This document shows positions 9,452 to 18,291 of a stretch of DNA of 34,491 nucleotides, in pieces; within the stretch, counting starts at the first letter, position 1; each line of letters starts with the position of its first letter. A program made the translations under genes and the position numbers. The stretch lies in the sequence record SRR20825010_6902. The stretch is one strand, 5' to 3'. The notes beneath the pieces are model-generated. The model searched no databases. It saw only the letters and a list, made by a program, of their open reading frames with translations, and was not told the DNA's origin.

Positions 9452-10699
9452 TTAATTTATAAACCCAACCCCGGCCGTTGTATTGGTTTGATTATCTATT
9501 AGGATAAAAGAGCCATTGGTTCTGTGATTCTTGAAGGAATCATAAAAAATAGGCTTGTTCAATCTAAAAGTAACCTGTGCAATATCGTTCATTCCCAAAG
9601 CAGTGATTGATGTATCTATGCCAGAGTAATCCGGATGAATCTTATGGTGAATGTTCTCGACCTTGGCCAAAACCTTATTTACACCATGTTGCACTACATA
9701 TTTACCTCCCACGGTCAATTTTTGGGAATCCATCCATGAAACAGTAGCGGTAAATTGCTTGTCGATAGTAGGCAAGTCACCTGCCTTCACCAACATATCT
9801 CCCCTACTCACATTGATCTCATCTTCTAAGGTAATGGTTACCGAAGAACGTCTGGTTGCCGTTTTATACTTCTTATCGTAAAAATAAATATCCTTGATCT
9901 TGGATCTGGTCATAGATGGCAGTACCACTACTTCGTCCCCAACACTTAGTTCACCGCCATATACTTTTCCAGCAAATCCTCTAAAATCGTGGAATTCATC
10001 GGTTTTGGGACGTATCACATACTGAACTGGGAATCTAGGGGTACCAACGTTGTAGATATCCTTTCTATCCAATTCCTCAAAATGCTCCAATAGGGTCTGA
10101 CCTTTGTACCAAGCCATTTTTTCTGATCTGTTTACCACATTGTCCCCTTTAAGCGCACTAACCGGGATAAAGGTAATTTTCTGATCCTGGTAATCGCGCT
10201 TGCTCATCAATTGCTCAAAATCGGCCTTGATCTCATTATATCTTTCTTCCGAAAAATCAACCAAGTCCATTTTATTTATGGCTACAATAACATCTTTTAT
10301 CCTCAATAAATTATTGATAAAAAAGTGTCTGTTGGTCTGCTCAATAACTCCTTTTCTGGCATCGATCAATATAATGGCCGCTTGGGAGGTAGAGGCACCG
10401 GTAACCATGTTACGGGTATACTCCACGTGACCAGGAGTGTCCGCTATAATATAACTCTTGTTAGGCGTGGAGAAATAGATATGCGCCACATCTATAGTTA
10501 TTCCCTGTTCCCTTTCCGCTACCAAACCATCTGTGGCCAACGAGAAATCCAGATAGTCATATCCTTTCTGCTTAGATGTTTTTTCAATGGCTTCCAACTT
10601 ATCATCGGTAAGCGATTTGGTATCGTAAAGCAATCTTCCGATCAAGGTACTTTTACCGTCATCTACACTTCCTGCTGTTGCTATTTTTAGTACTTCCAT
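9452..10699 (-). CDS. cysN: Sulfate adenylyltransferase GTPase subunit (no fused APS kinase)
   Basis: 415 aa; GSVDDGKST, EREQGITIDVA, DTPGH, NKMD; ends at GSFILID...TAGVGFI. Confidence 0.96.
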   Translation of the reverse strand: MEVLKIATAGSVDDGKSTLIGRLLYDTKSLTDDKLEAIEKTSKQKGYDYLDFSLATDGLVAEREQGITIDVAHIYFSTPNKSYIIADTPGHVEYTRNMVTGASTSQAAIILIDARKGVIEQTNRHFFINNLLRIKDVIVAINKMDLVDFSEERYNEIKADFEQLMSKRDYQDQKITFIPVSALKGDNVVNRSEKMAWYKGQTLLEHFEELDRKDIYNVGTPRFPVQYVIRPKTDEFHDFRGFAGKVYGGELSVGDEVVVLPSMTRSKIKDIYFYDKKYKTATRRSSVTITLEDEINVSRGDMLVKAGDLPTIDKQFTATVSWMDSQKLTVGGKYVVQHGVNKVLAKVENIHHKIHPDYSGIDTSITALGMNDIAQVTFRLNKPIFYDSFKNHRTNGSFILIDNQTNTTAGVGFIN

Positions 10700-10774
10700 T
10701 TCTTTTGTGTTTTGTATTTGGCGTTAGATTTTGTTGACATTATTTTAATTGTCAACCTGCTTCAAATGCCGACT

Positions 10775-11731
10775 TTAAAAGTATCCTTGTTGTTTTCTTT
10801 TCTCCATTGCAGCTTCGGAACGCTTATCGTCTATCCTTGCTCCCCTTTCGGATATCTTGGATTCCCTAATTTCCCCTACTACCTTTTCAATGGTATCTGC
10901 ATGGGAAAGCACCGCGGAAGTACAACTCATATCCCCTACAGTTCTAAAACGAACCATACGCTCCTCCACTTTTTCATCTTCAGCACGGAAAACCACATCA
11001 TCTTCTGCAGACCATATAAATCCGTCCCTTAGGAATATCTTTCTCTTATGGGCAAAATAGATGGAAGGTATTTCTATTTCCTCTTTTTGGATATAGCTCC
11101 AAACATCCAATTCCGTCCAGTTACTAATTGGAAAAACCCTTACGTTCTGTCCCAACTCAATCTGACCGTTCAACATGTCGAACAATTCTGGACGCTGATT
11201 TTTCTCATCCCACTGACCAAAATCGTCACGAACGGAGAAGATACGTTCTTTGGCACGTGCCTTTTCCTCATCCCTTCTTGCTCCACCAATACAGGCATCA
11301 AATTTAAATTCCTCAATGGCATCCAACAAAGTGGTGGTCTGCAACATATTCCTACTGGAGTATTTACCCGTTTCCTCGACCACTTTTCCTTGATCTATGG
11401 AATCTTGAACATTACGTACAATTAACTCCACTCCCAATTCCTTGACCAATTTATCCCTAAAGGCAATGGTCTCAGGAAAATTATGTCCGGTATCTATATG
11501 CATTAAAGGGAAAGGTATCTTAGCCGGATAAAAGGCCTTCTGGGCCAATCTCACCAAAGTAATGGAATCCTTACCCCCCGAAAACAGCAACACAGGCTTT
11601 TCAAACTGGGCCGCAACTTCCCTTAAAATATAAATAGCTTCGTTCTCCAAAGCATTATTGTTCAATACTTCCAATTCAGTCGATTCGTTCACGCCTACTA
11701 ATGTTTCCAATTCTGATTCTACAATGCTCAC
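10775..11731 (-). CDS. cysD: Sulfate adenylyltransferase catalytic subunit
   Basis: FSGGKDS PP-loop, GGARRDEEKARAKER, RFRTVGD, MEKRKQQGYF; GTG start uncertain. Confidence 0.96.
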   Translation of the reverse strand: MSIVESELETLVGVNESTELEVLNNNALENEAIYILREVAAQFEKPVLLFSGGKDSITLVRLAQKAFYPAKIPFPLMHIDTGHNFPETIAFRDKLVKELGVELIVRNVQDSIDQGKVVEETGKYSSRNMLQTTTLLDAIEEFKFDACIGGARRDEEKARAKERIFSVRDDFGQWDEKNQRPELFDMLNGQIELGQNVRVFPISNWTELDVWSYIQKEEIEIPSIYFAHKRKIFLRDGFIWSAEDDVVFRAEDEKVEERMVRFRTVGDMSCTSAVLSHADTIEKVVGEIRESKISERGARIDDKRSEAAMEKRKQQGYF

Positions 11732-11795
11732 AATAATTCTGTATTTAATTGGCTTCCCCTAAAGGAACAGTTCACCAATTGTTAATATTATTTTC

Positions 11796-12419
11796 TTAGG
11801 TATGTAATCCACATTCCCGGTTTTCCAAAACCTTGGTGGGGTCAAAATATTTATGTTCATTGGGCAAATTCCTATCCTTGAGGTAGGCATCCAACTGACT
11901 ATCGTTATAATGGTAAAAAGGACTCACCTTCAAAACCCCGTCCCTACTTAAACTTAGAATATCCAAAGAATCCCTCAAAGCTGTTTGACCTTGTCTTAGG
12001 TTCGTAAACCAAACATCTGGCTTATGCTCCTCCATAGCCCTTCTAAACGGCTCCAATTTCACCTGCTCCGTAAAAAGCTGATGCCTTGGATCATCTATCC
12101 CAGGAATTCCCATTATGGCATCCCTATGAGAGGAAGTTTGTTTGGGCACATATAATTTTACATTCAAATGTAATCTTGCAATCAGCTCTTCGGCATGCTT
12201 GTAGGTATTGGGCGTATTATAACCAGTATCGCACCAAACAACAGGGATATGAGGGGATACATCTGTCACCGCATGCAAAATAGCCACTTCATATGGACGG
12301 AAATTTGTGGTTACCAATGGATTCTTGGCAGACTGTATTGCCCAGGAAATTATTTCTTCTGGTGGTATACCTTTAAATTGTTGGTTTAATTTGTGTATTT
12401 GCTCCTCTGTATATGCCAT
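11796..12419 (-). CDS. cysH: PAPS/APS reductase family protein lacking Fe-S ligands
   Basis: DTGY motif, KLEP, C-terminal RECGLH catalytic motif; ATG at 12419 (MAYTEE) avoids overlap with the upstream gene. Confidence 0.9.
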   Translation of the reverse strand: MAYTEEQIHKLNQQFKGIPPEEIISWAIQSAKNPLVTTNFRPYEVAILHAVTDVSPHIPVVWCDTGYNTPNTYKHAEELIARLHLNVKLYVPKQTSSHRDAIMGIPGIDDPRHQLFTEQVKLEPFRRAMEEHKPDVWFTNLRQGQTALRDSLDILSLSRDGVLKVSPFYHYNDSQLDAYLKDRNLPNEHKYFDPTKVLENRECGLHT

Positions 12420-12456
12420 TGTCCTCAAATCTTTAATTACTTTGAATTTTGCCTTT

Positions 12457-12726
12457 TTATTTTCCCCAATTAATCTTGTTCCAGATTCTTTCATGAAAGA
12501 AATACAACAACATCTTGGTAAACAACTCTACAACACCTATTGAAAATGCAACTGACAATGTCCCGGTAACGATCCAAGAAATAAGAATGGTATCCAAGGT
12601 TCCAATAATTCTCCAACTAATAGATTTGGCAATACTCCTTTTAGGATTTTCGGAAGTCTTATCCGCCTTATAGCTTTTAGTGACAGTACTTGAATTATTA
12701 TTTGCAATTAATTGTTCAGCAATCAT
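12457..12726 (-). CDS. DUF2061 family small membrane protein, first gene of the cys operon
   Basis: RSIAKSISWRIIGTLDT...YFFHERIWNKINWG pattern with two hydrophobic segments. Confidence 0.85.
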   Translation of the reverse strand: MIAEQLIANNNSSTVTKSYKADKTSENPKRSIAKSISWRIIGTLDTILISWIVTGTLSVAFSIGVVELFTKMLLYFFHERIWNKINWGK

Positions 12727-12747
12727 ATGACAAAAAACTTAAATTTA

Positions 12748-12772
12748 TTACCCTATCGATTTAATAGAGTAA
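12748..12772. promoter_or_regulatory. Operator-like 9-7-9 inverted repeat, box 1 (putative Rrf2 site)
   Basis: TTACCCTAT-CGATTTA-ATAGAGTAA, arms 8/9 complementary; overlaps the predicted transcription start. Confidence 0.7.
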
Positions 12773-12773
12773 G

Positions 12774-12781
12774 CAAAAATA
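12774..12781 (-). promoter_or_regulatory. Bacteroidota -7 promoter element (TATTTTTG) of the cys operon
   Basis: Exact TAnnTTTG match about 48 nt upstream of the DUF2061 ATG. Confidence 0.65.
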
Positions 12782-12827
12782 GAAATATTTTGCAAACCAC
12801 CATAAAAAAATAAAGTTAAAATTCAAC

Positions 12828-12852
12828 TTACCCTATAAATTTAGTAGATTAA
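12828..12852. promoter_or_regulatory. Operator-like 9-7-9 repeat, box 2 (putative Rrf2 site)
   Basis: TTACCCTAT-AAATTTA-GTAGATTAA; 21/25 identical to box 1, 80 bp away. Confidence 0.68.
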
Positions 12853-12944
12853 TAAAATTTCGCTCGAATTTTGAAGATTATTAATGCTTCTAACCAAATT
12901 GAAGCATAAACCAAAACACTAACCTAAAAATTATTGCTTATCCC

Positions 12945-13355
12945 CTAGGGTACCAGATCGGCAAGCGTATTGTTCTTAAAGACCTCAAGGGTACTGTCCC
13001 TGACCTGTAGCATCAATTTATGTACGGAACAGCTGGCCTCATCGGGACAGTCCTCACATTTCTCGTAGAAGTTTAAACTTACACAGGGAACCATAGCAAT
13101 AGGACCTTCCAGCACCCTCATGACCGTAGTCATTGGAATATCCTTGGGTTCCTTAATAAGGTAATAGCCTCCACCTTTTCCTTTTTTGGAACCGAGAAGT
13201 CCTGTTTTTCTCAAAGTGAGAAGAATACTCTCCAGAAACTTTTGGGAAATGTTCTCATGTTTGGCTATTTCAGAAATCTGAACAGGGGAACGTCCTTTTT
13301 GAGCCGCCAAGAAGGTCAGCGCCTTTAATCCGTATTTTGTCTTTTTGGAAAGCAT
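12945..13355 (-). CDS. Rrf2-family transcriptional regulator (CymR/IscR-like) with four Cys
   Basis: MLSKKTKYGLKAL start, SKKGKGGGYYL wing, C-x8-C-x2-C-x5-C cluster; ATG at 13355 preferred over the ORF-track start. Confidence 0.92.
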   Translation of the reverse strand: MLSKKTKYGLKALTFLAAQKGRSPVQISEIAKHENISQKFLESILLTLRKTGLLGSKKGKGGGYYLIKEPKDIPMTTVMRVLEGPIAMVPCVSLNFYEKCEDCPDEASCSVHKLMLQVRDSTLEVFKNNTLADLVP

Positions 13356-13450
13356 GAAGCGAAGATAAGGAAAATTAACATTCGCAATAAGACATGCCCC
13401 ATTTTTACAAAAACAGCTTGGGCTCCACCTCAAGCCCACTAAAAATTAGC

Positions 13451-14620
13451 CTATCCCAGTGCTTGTTCAATATCCGCAATGATATCATCTATATGCTCCA
13501 AGCCTACCGAAACCCGTACCATACCATCCGTGATTCCGGATGCCATTCTTTCTTCCACGGACAATTTACTATGCGTGGTAGACGCAGGGTGTGTGACTAT
13601 ACTTCTTGAGTCCCCTAAATTAGCGGACAATGACAACATTTTTATAGCATTGAAGAATTTTTGGCCGGCTTCAACCCCTCCCTTTACTTCAAAAGCTACA
13701 ACGCAGCCCCCTGCCTTCATCTGTTTCTTGGCCACTTCGTATTTGGGATGTGATTTTAAAAAGGGATATTTTACCCAATTCACCTTGGGGTGACCTTCCA
13801 AGAATTCGGCCAGCCTCAGTGCATTGTCACAATGTTTATCTACGCGCAATGCCAAAGTCTCCAAGCTTTTGGATAGCACCCAGGCATTAAACGGAGATAA
13901 AGAAGGACCAGTGATCCTGGAAAAACGATACACTTTATCTATCAAAGCTTTGTTACCCACTGTAATACCGGCCAAAACCCTTCCTTGACCATCCATTAAT
14001 TTTGTTCCAGAATGGATGACTAAATCGGCCCCATACTTAATAGGTTGCTGTAAATAGGGCGAAGCAAAACAATTATCTATGATATAGATCAAATTGTGTT
14101 TTTTGGCAAACTTGCCCAATTCCTCCAGGTCCAAAACATCCACTCCAGGATTGGTTGGAGTTTCCGCATAGATAATTTTAGTTTTAGGAGTGACCAATTC
14201 CTCCAATTTATCCAACTCATCTATCTTGAAGTAGCTGGTTGAAACATTCCATTTTGGAAAAAATTGAGTAAACAGACTATGGGTAGACCCAAATATACTT
14301 CTAGAAGAAATGATGTGATCCCCACTGTCCAACAGAGCAGCAAAAGTGGAAAACACCGCCGCCATACCCGATGCAAAGGCAAAACCATCCTCGGCCCCTT
14401 CCATCTTGCAAACCTTTTCTATAAACTCGGAAGAATTGGGGTTGCTATATCTTGAATAAATATTGCGTTCCTTTTCCTCCGCGAAGGAAGCCCTCATATC
14501 TTCCGCATCCTCGAAGATAAAACTAGAGGTTAAATACATAGGTGTGGAATGCTCCAAAAATTGGGTGCGCTCCGTTTGGGTGCGTATAGCTTCCGTTTCA
14601 AATTTAAAATTCTTCTTCAT
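13451..14620 (-). CDS. metZ: O-succinyl/O-acyl-homoserine sulfhydrylase (trans-sulfuration family, MetZ-like)
   Basis: 389 aa; EHSTPMYLTSSF, YSRYSNP, ASGMAA, HSGTK PLP-Lys, NLGD...THPASTTH. Confidence 0.82.
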   Translation of the reverse strand: MKKNFKFETEAIRTQTERTQFLEHSTPMYLTSSFIFEDAEDMRASFAEEKERNIYSRYSNPNSSEFIEKVCKMEGAEDGFAFASGMAAVFSTFAALLDSGDHIISSRSIFGSTHSLFTQFFPKWNVSTSYFKIDELDKLEELVTPKTKIIYAETPTNPGVDVLDLEELGKFAKKHNLIYIIDNCFASPYLQQPIKYGADLVIHSGTKLMDGQGRVLAGITVGNKALIDKVYRFSRITGPSLSPFNAWVLSKSLETLALRVDKHCDNALRLAEFLEGHPKVNWVKYPFLKSHPKYEVAKKQMKAGGCVVAFEVKGGVEAGQKFFNAIKMLSLSANLGDSRSIVTHPASTTHSKLSVEERMASGITDGMVRVSVGLEHIDDIIADIEQALG

Positions 14621-14720
14621 TATTTCTGATCTATCTAATTCTTTTTTCTGCCATTGTCAATCATAACATTAGGCCTCGGCACACTTCTTATCGCTCTGCT
14701 TTATCTCCGAACCACAAAGT

Positions 14721-14840
14721 TGGCTGAGCCTGGCTGTCGGCAGACAGGCGGAGCCGAAGCCACATTCAAATTCTTTCCCTTTCAACTCTAACCGATTTCG
14801 ACTACGCTCAATCTACAGCATTCCTTGGTGGCTGAGCCAC
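14721..14840. repeat. Cluster of short REP-like palindromic units, one interrupted by a 20-bp palindrome
   Basis: TGGCTGAG[CCTGGCTGTCGGCAGACAGG]CGGAGCCGAAGCCA at 14721-14762; inverted unit GATTTCGACTACGCTCAATC at 14794-14813; collapsed unit GTGGCTGAGCCAC at 14828-14840. Confidence 0.65.
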
Positions 14841-14845
14841 AAAAC

Positions 14846-17800
14846 TTATCCTTTTTCCGCAATACGCAATATATCCCCAAAAACACCTCTGGCAGTTACC
14901 GCAGCTCCAGCACCTGCGCCTTGTATAACCAATGGATGCTGCCCATAAGACTCCGTATATATTTCTATGATGGAATCGGACCCCTTAATCTGTCCGAGCG
15001 CGCTTTCTTTGGGAACCGAAATCAACTTTACCTCCAATTTCCCTTTTTCCTTCTGTAGGTCACCGGATAGATCCCCTACATAACGCAGAACATGACCTGG
15101 TTTTTGTGAATTCTTTATCTTGCTAAACTTTTCATCCAAGATATCCAATCGCTCCAAAAAGCCCTTTACATCACCGTCCTGCAAAGATTCCGGGATTAAA
15201 TTTTCAATGAGAATGTCCGAAAACTCATTGCTAAGATCCAGCTCCCTGGCCAAAATCAATAATTTCCTGCCCACATCATTTCCGGAAAGGTCTTCGCGTG
15301 GATCCGGTTCTGTATACCCCAAGTCCATGGCTTCTTTCAAAATTTCGGAGAACAAGGCATCCTTTTCCGAAAAAGTGTTGAAGATATAGCTTAAGGATCC
15401 AGAGAACACCCCTTTTATCCTTGTAATATTCTCTCCTGAAAGATGTAACAATTTAATAGTGTCTATCAACGGCAATCCCGCACCTACATTGGTTTCATAT
15501 AAATATTGCTTTTGATGCTTGGCGAGTTCTTCCCTAAGCAGCTGATAATAATCAAAGCGCAAGGTATTGGCAATCTTATTGGACGACACCAAGTCGAAAC
15601 CATTGTCCACAAAATCGAAATAAGAGGCCACAAATTCTTCATTGGCAGTATTGTCTACCGCAATAAGGTTCTCCAAATGATTGTCCTTGGCATATTTAAA
15701 TATATCGTCTAACTCGTAAGGTACTGCCTTTGTTTCCATGGAGCTTTTCCAATTTTTGGAAATGCCATTTTTATTCAAAAGCACCTTTTTAGAATTGGCC
15801 ACTGCAAAAACATTGATATGGATCCCCTTTCTTTTTTCGATGGTCTTGTTCGATTTAAGAATTTGATCAATGAGGGTCCCCCCCACATTTCCATGACCAA
15901 AAATGGCCAAATTTACTTTTTTGCTTATACCAAATATCTGCCCGTGTACTACATTTAGTGCCTTGTGCAAATCTGATTTCTTTACCACCAGACTCACATT
16001 TTTTCCCGAAACGGTATTGTTGAACAACAAGGGAACCACTTGGTTTTTAATAAGCGCATTGAAAGGCTTGTGAAAAGTACTCAAGTCCTGTCCTACGATA
16101 GAAATAACGGATACTTGATCTATAACGGTAATATTGTTTATATCCTGTAGCTTGAAATCGGTCTGAAATTCCTCTTCCAAAGAAGATTTGGCCAAAGCGG
16201 CATTTTTAGCGTCGACCACCAAACCAATACCTCTTTCCGATGACCCCTGGGAAATAATACTAACACTTATGTTATTATTGCCCATTGTCCTAAAGATACG
16301 GGCATCTACCCCTACCTTGCCCAATAAACCGCGCCCTTCCAAATTGATCAAGGCCATATTTTCAATAACGGACAAGGATTTTATACCTTCCTTACTGGTC
16401 TTGGCACTGATCAAGGTGCCCTCGTTATCGTTATTGAAGGTATTTAGGATCCGCAGTGGAATATTCTTTTCTATTAATGGAATAATAGTCTTCGCATGCA
16501 GAATGTTGGTTCCAAAATTTGCCAACTCATTGGCCTCACTATAGGAAAGTTCAGAAATTCTTTTGGCCTCTGTAACCAAATCAGGGTTGGCCGTAAATAT
16601 ACCATCTACATGGGTATAGTTCTGCAACTCTTCGGCATTGAGGTAATTGGCCAATAAGGCGGCGGAATAATTACTTCCGTTTCTACCCAAGGTGGTTGTT
16701 TCGTTAAGTTCATTGGATGCAATAAAACCAGTAGTGACCACTACGGCATCCAGATCCAATTTCCCAAACTCACTTTTTACATTTTCCTTGGACAAGGTCT
16801 CCAAGACTTTGGCGTCCCCAAAGTTGGAATCTGTTTTAATGAGCTGTCTGGAATCAATAAACTTGGCATTGACACCTCTACCAATTAGTAATTTGGTCAC
16901 CAATTTTGCCGAAAGCAACTCTCCAAAAGCTAAAACCTGATCTTTTATTTTAGGGCTATAATCTCCCAACAGTGCCACACCTTCAAATAACTTTACCAAT
17001 CCCTTAAATTCCTCTGAGAGATTTACATTACCGTAAGCGTGTTGTTGATATTTTTCAAATTCTTCAAAATCCTTTACATAATCCAACCCCTTGGCCGCTT
17101 TGTCCAGCATCGCTTCCAATTCGTCCGTAGCCTTGTTCCTGGCAGAAACCACTACGGCAATATTCTCACCATCTGTAACCTTGTCGGTTATTATCTGAAG
17201 TACAGTATCCAAGCCCTCTCCATTGGCCAATGACTTGCCACCAAATTTAAGGACCTTGACTTTTTTAGATCTTCCATTACGCTCAAAAACTCCCTTTAGC
17301 AACTCCTCCATTTGATTGAATTCGATCAAGAAGGCATCGTGCCCGTGCAGGGAATGTATTTCCCCATAAGTGACATTGCTGTTGGCCTGGGCCAATTTCT
17401 TAAAGGTATCCTTGTTTTCCTGGGCAGTAAAAAAAAGGTCGGAATCTACTCCAATGATATGGATATTGGTATCACTATTCTGAAGATTAATGAATGCCTC
17501 TTCCCCATTTCTATTGATATCAATAGTCTTCAGCAGTTGATTCATTAGTTTATAGGCCGACAATTGAAAACGTTCCTGTAATTTTTTACCATGGTGCGTT
17601 AGCCAACTCTCTACATTAAAGACTTTAAGTTCCTCGTTGGTGCTTCTTTTAAAACGCTCCTTAAAGGATTCCGGCGTCCTATAGCATAGCATGGCATGCA
17701 TACGCGCATCATGTACGGGCTGCTTGGAGTTCACCAAAAACTGCTCCTGAATCTGGCAATTGGCAATAAGCCAGTCCGTAGACTTCCAATCAGATGCTAC

Positions 17801-18232
17801 CGGAATAAGATGCTCCGTTAAGTGAGGATCAATAGCCGCCATTTCCCACGCGATACCTCCACCTAAAGAACCACCTATAAGGGCATATAACTTACTTATT
17901 TTTAAGGCCTCCAGTCCCAGAAGGAAAATCTTGGCTATGTCCTTGGCAACAAAATCCTTATAATTATCTATTACAAAACCGTCGTACCCATTTCCTGGTA
18001 TATTAAAGCAAAGAATGGTGTATTTCTTGGTATCTATACATTTGCCCTCTCCTATCAAGGTTGTCCACCAGCCATTTTCGCCTGCCACATTGGAATTACC
18101 TGTAAGGGCATGGTTCACCATTATAATTGGTGCGGAATGCAAGGGTTGGCCAAAGAGCTCGTAGGACAAATTAATATCCAAGGTTTTGCCGCTATAGGTA
18201 ACGTATTTATTTATTGAAAGATGATGTAACAT
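14846..18232 (-). CDS. Fusion: homoserine O-acyltransferase (MetX-type alpha/beta hydrolase) + aspartokinase + ACT domains + homoserine dehydrogenase
   Basis: 1128 aa single ORF; N-terminal HALTG, GGSLGG, DSDLFF, HGHDAFL; then VLKFGGKS, TLGRNGSNYSA, DGIFTANP; then GHGNVG, YETNVGAGLP, GYTEPDPREDLSG, GAGAGAAVTA. Confidence 0.93.
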   Translation of the reverse strand: MLHHLSINKYVTYSGKTLDINLSYELFGQPLHSAPIIMVNHALTGNSNVAGENGWWTTLIGEGKCIDTKKYTILCFNIPGNGYDGFVIDNYKDFVAKDIAKIFLLGLEALKISKLYALIGGSLGGGIAWEMAAIDPHLTEHLIPVASDWKSTDWLIANCQIQEQFLVNSKQPVHDARMHAMLCYRTPESFKERFKRSTNEELKVFNVESWLTHHGKKLQERFQLSAYKLMNQLLKTIDINRNGEEAFINLQNSDTNIHIIGVDSDLFFTAQENKDTFKKLAQANSNVTYGEIHSLHGHDAFLIEFNQMEELLKGVFERNGRSKKVKVLKFGGKSLANGEGLDTVLQIITDKVTDGENIAVVVSARNKATDELEAMLDKAAKGLDYVKDFEEFEKYQQHAYGNVNLSEEFKGLVKLFEGVALLGDYSPKIKDQVLAFGELLSAKLVTKLLIGRGVNAKFIDSRQLIKTDSNFGDAKVLETLSKENVKSEFGKLDLDAVVVTTGFIASNELNETTTLGRNGSNYSAALLANYLNAEELQNYTHVDGIFTANPDLVTEAKRISELSYSEANELANFGTNILHAKTIIPLIEKNIPLRILNTFNNDNEGTLISAKTSKEGIKSLSVIENMALINLEGRGLLGKVGVDARIFRTMGNNNISVSIISQGSSERGIGLVVDAKNAALAKSSLEEEFQTDFKLQDINNITVIDQVSVISIVGQDLSTFHKPFNALIKNQVVPLLFNNTVSGKNVSLVVKKSDLHKALNVVHGQIFGISKKVNLAIFGHGNVGGTLIDQILKSNKTIEKRKGIHINVFAVANSKKVLLNKNGISKNWKSSMETKAVPYELDDIFKYAKDNHLENLIAVDNTANEEFVASYFDFVDNGFDLVSSNKIANTLRFDYYQLLREELAKHQKQYLYETNVGAGLPLIDTIKLLHLSGENITRIKGVFSGSLSYIFNTFSEKDALFSEILKEAMDLGYTEPDPREDLSGNDVGRKLLILARELDLSNEFSDILIENLIPESLQDGDVKGFLERLDILDEKFSKIKNSQKPGHVLRYVGDLSGDLQKEKGKLEVKLISVPKESALGQIKGSDSIIEIYTESYGQHPLVIQGAGAGAAVTARGVFGDILRIAEKG

Positions 18233-18291
18233 AGGTTGTTTGAACTAGTAATTTTCTTGAAAGAACATGGTCATTTATTATGAAAAGACAA

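Noticed and set aside
13356-13439. ORF-track N-terminal extensions (rrf2; likewise cysH 12420-12494 and dNK 25136-25294)
   Set aside because: They precede the family-typical N-termini and overlap promoters or neighbouring genes; downstream ATGs chosen
14640-14845. Possible CRISPR array, tRNA or IS end
   Set aside because: Units are irregular and mixed in orientation, with no constant spacers, cloverleaf, cas gene or transposase
18237-18246. TGTTTGAACT shared with the metY leader (19942-19951)
   Set aside because: Single 10-mer lacking the second arm; insufficient evidence for a site
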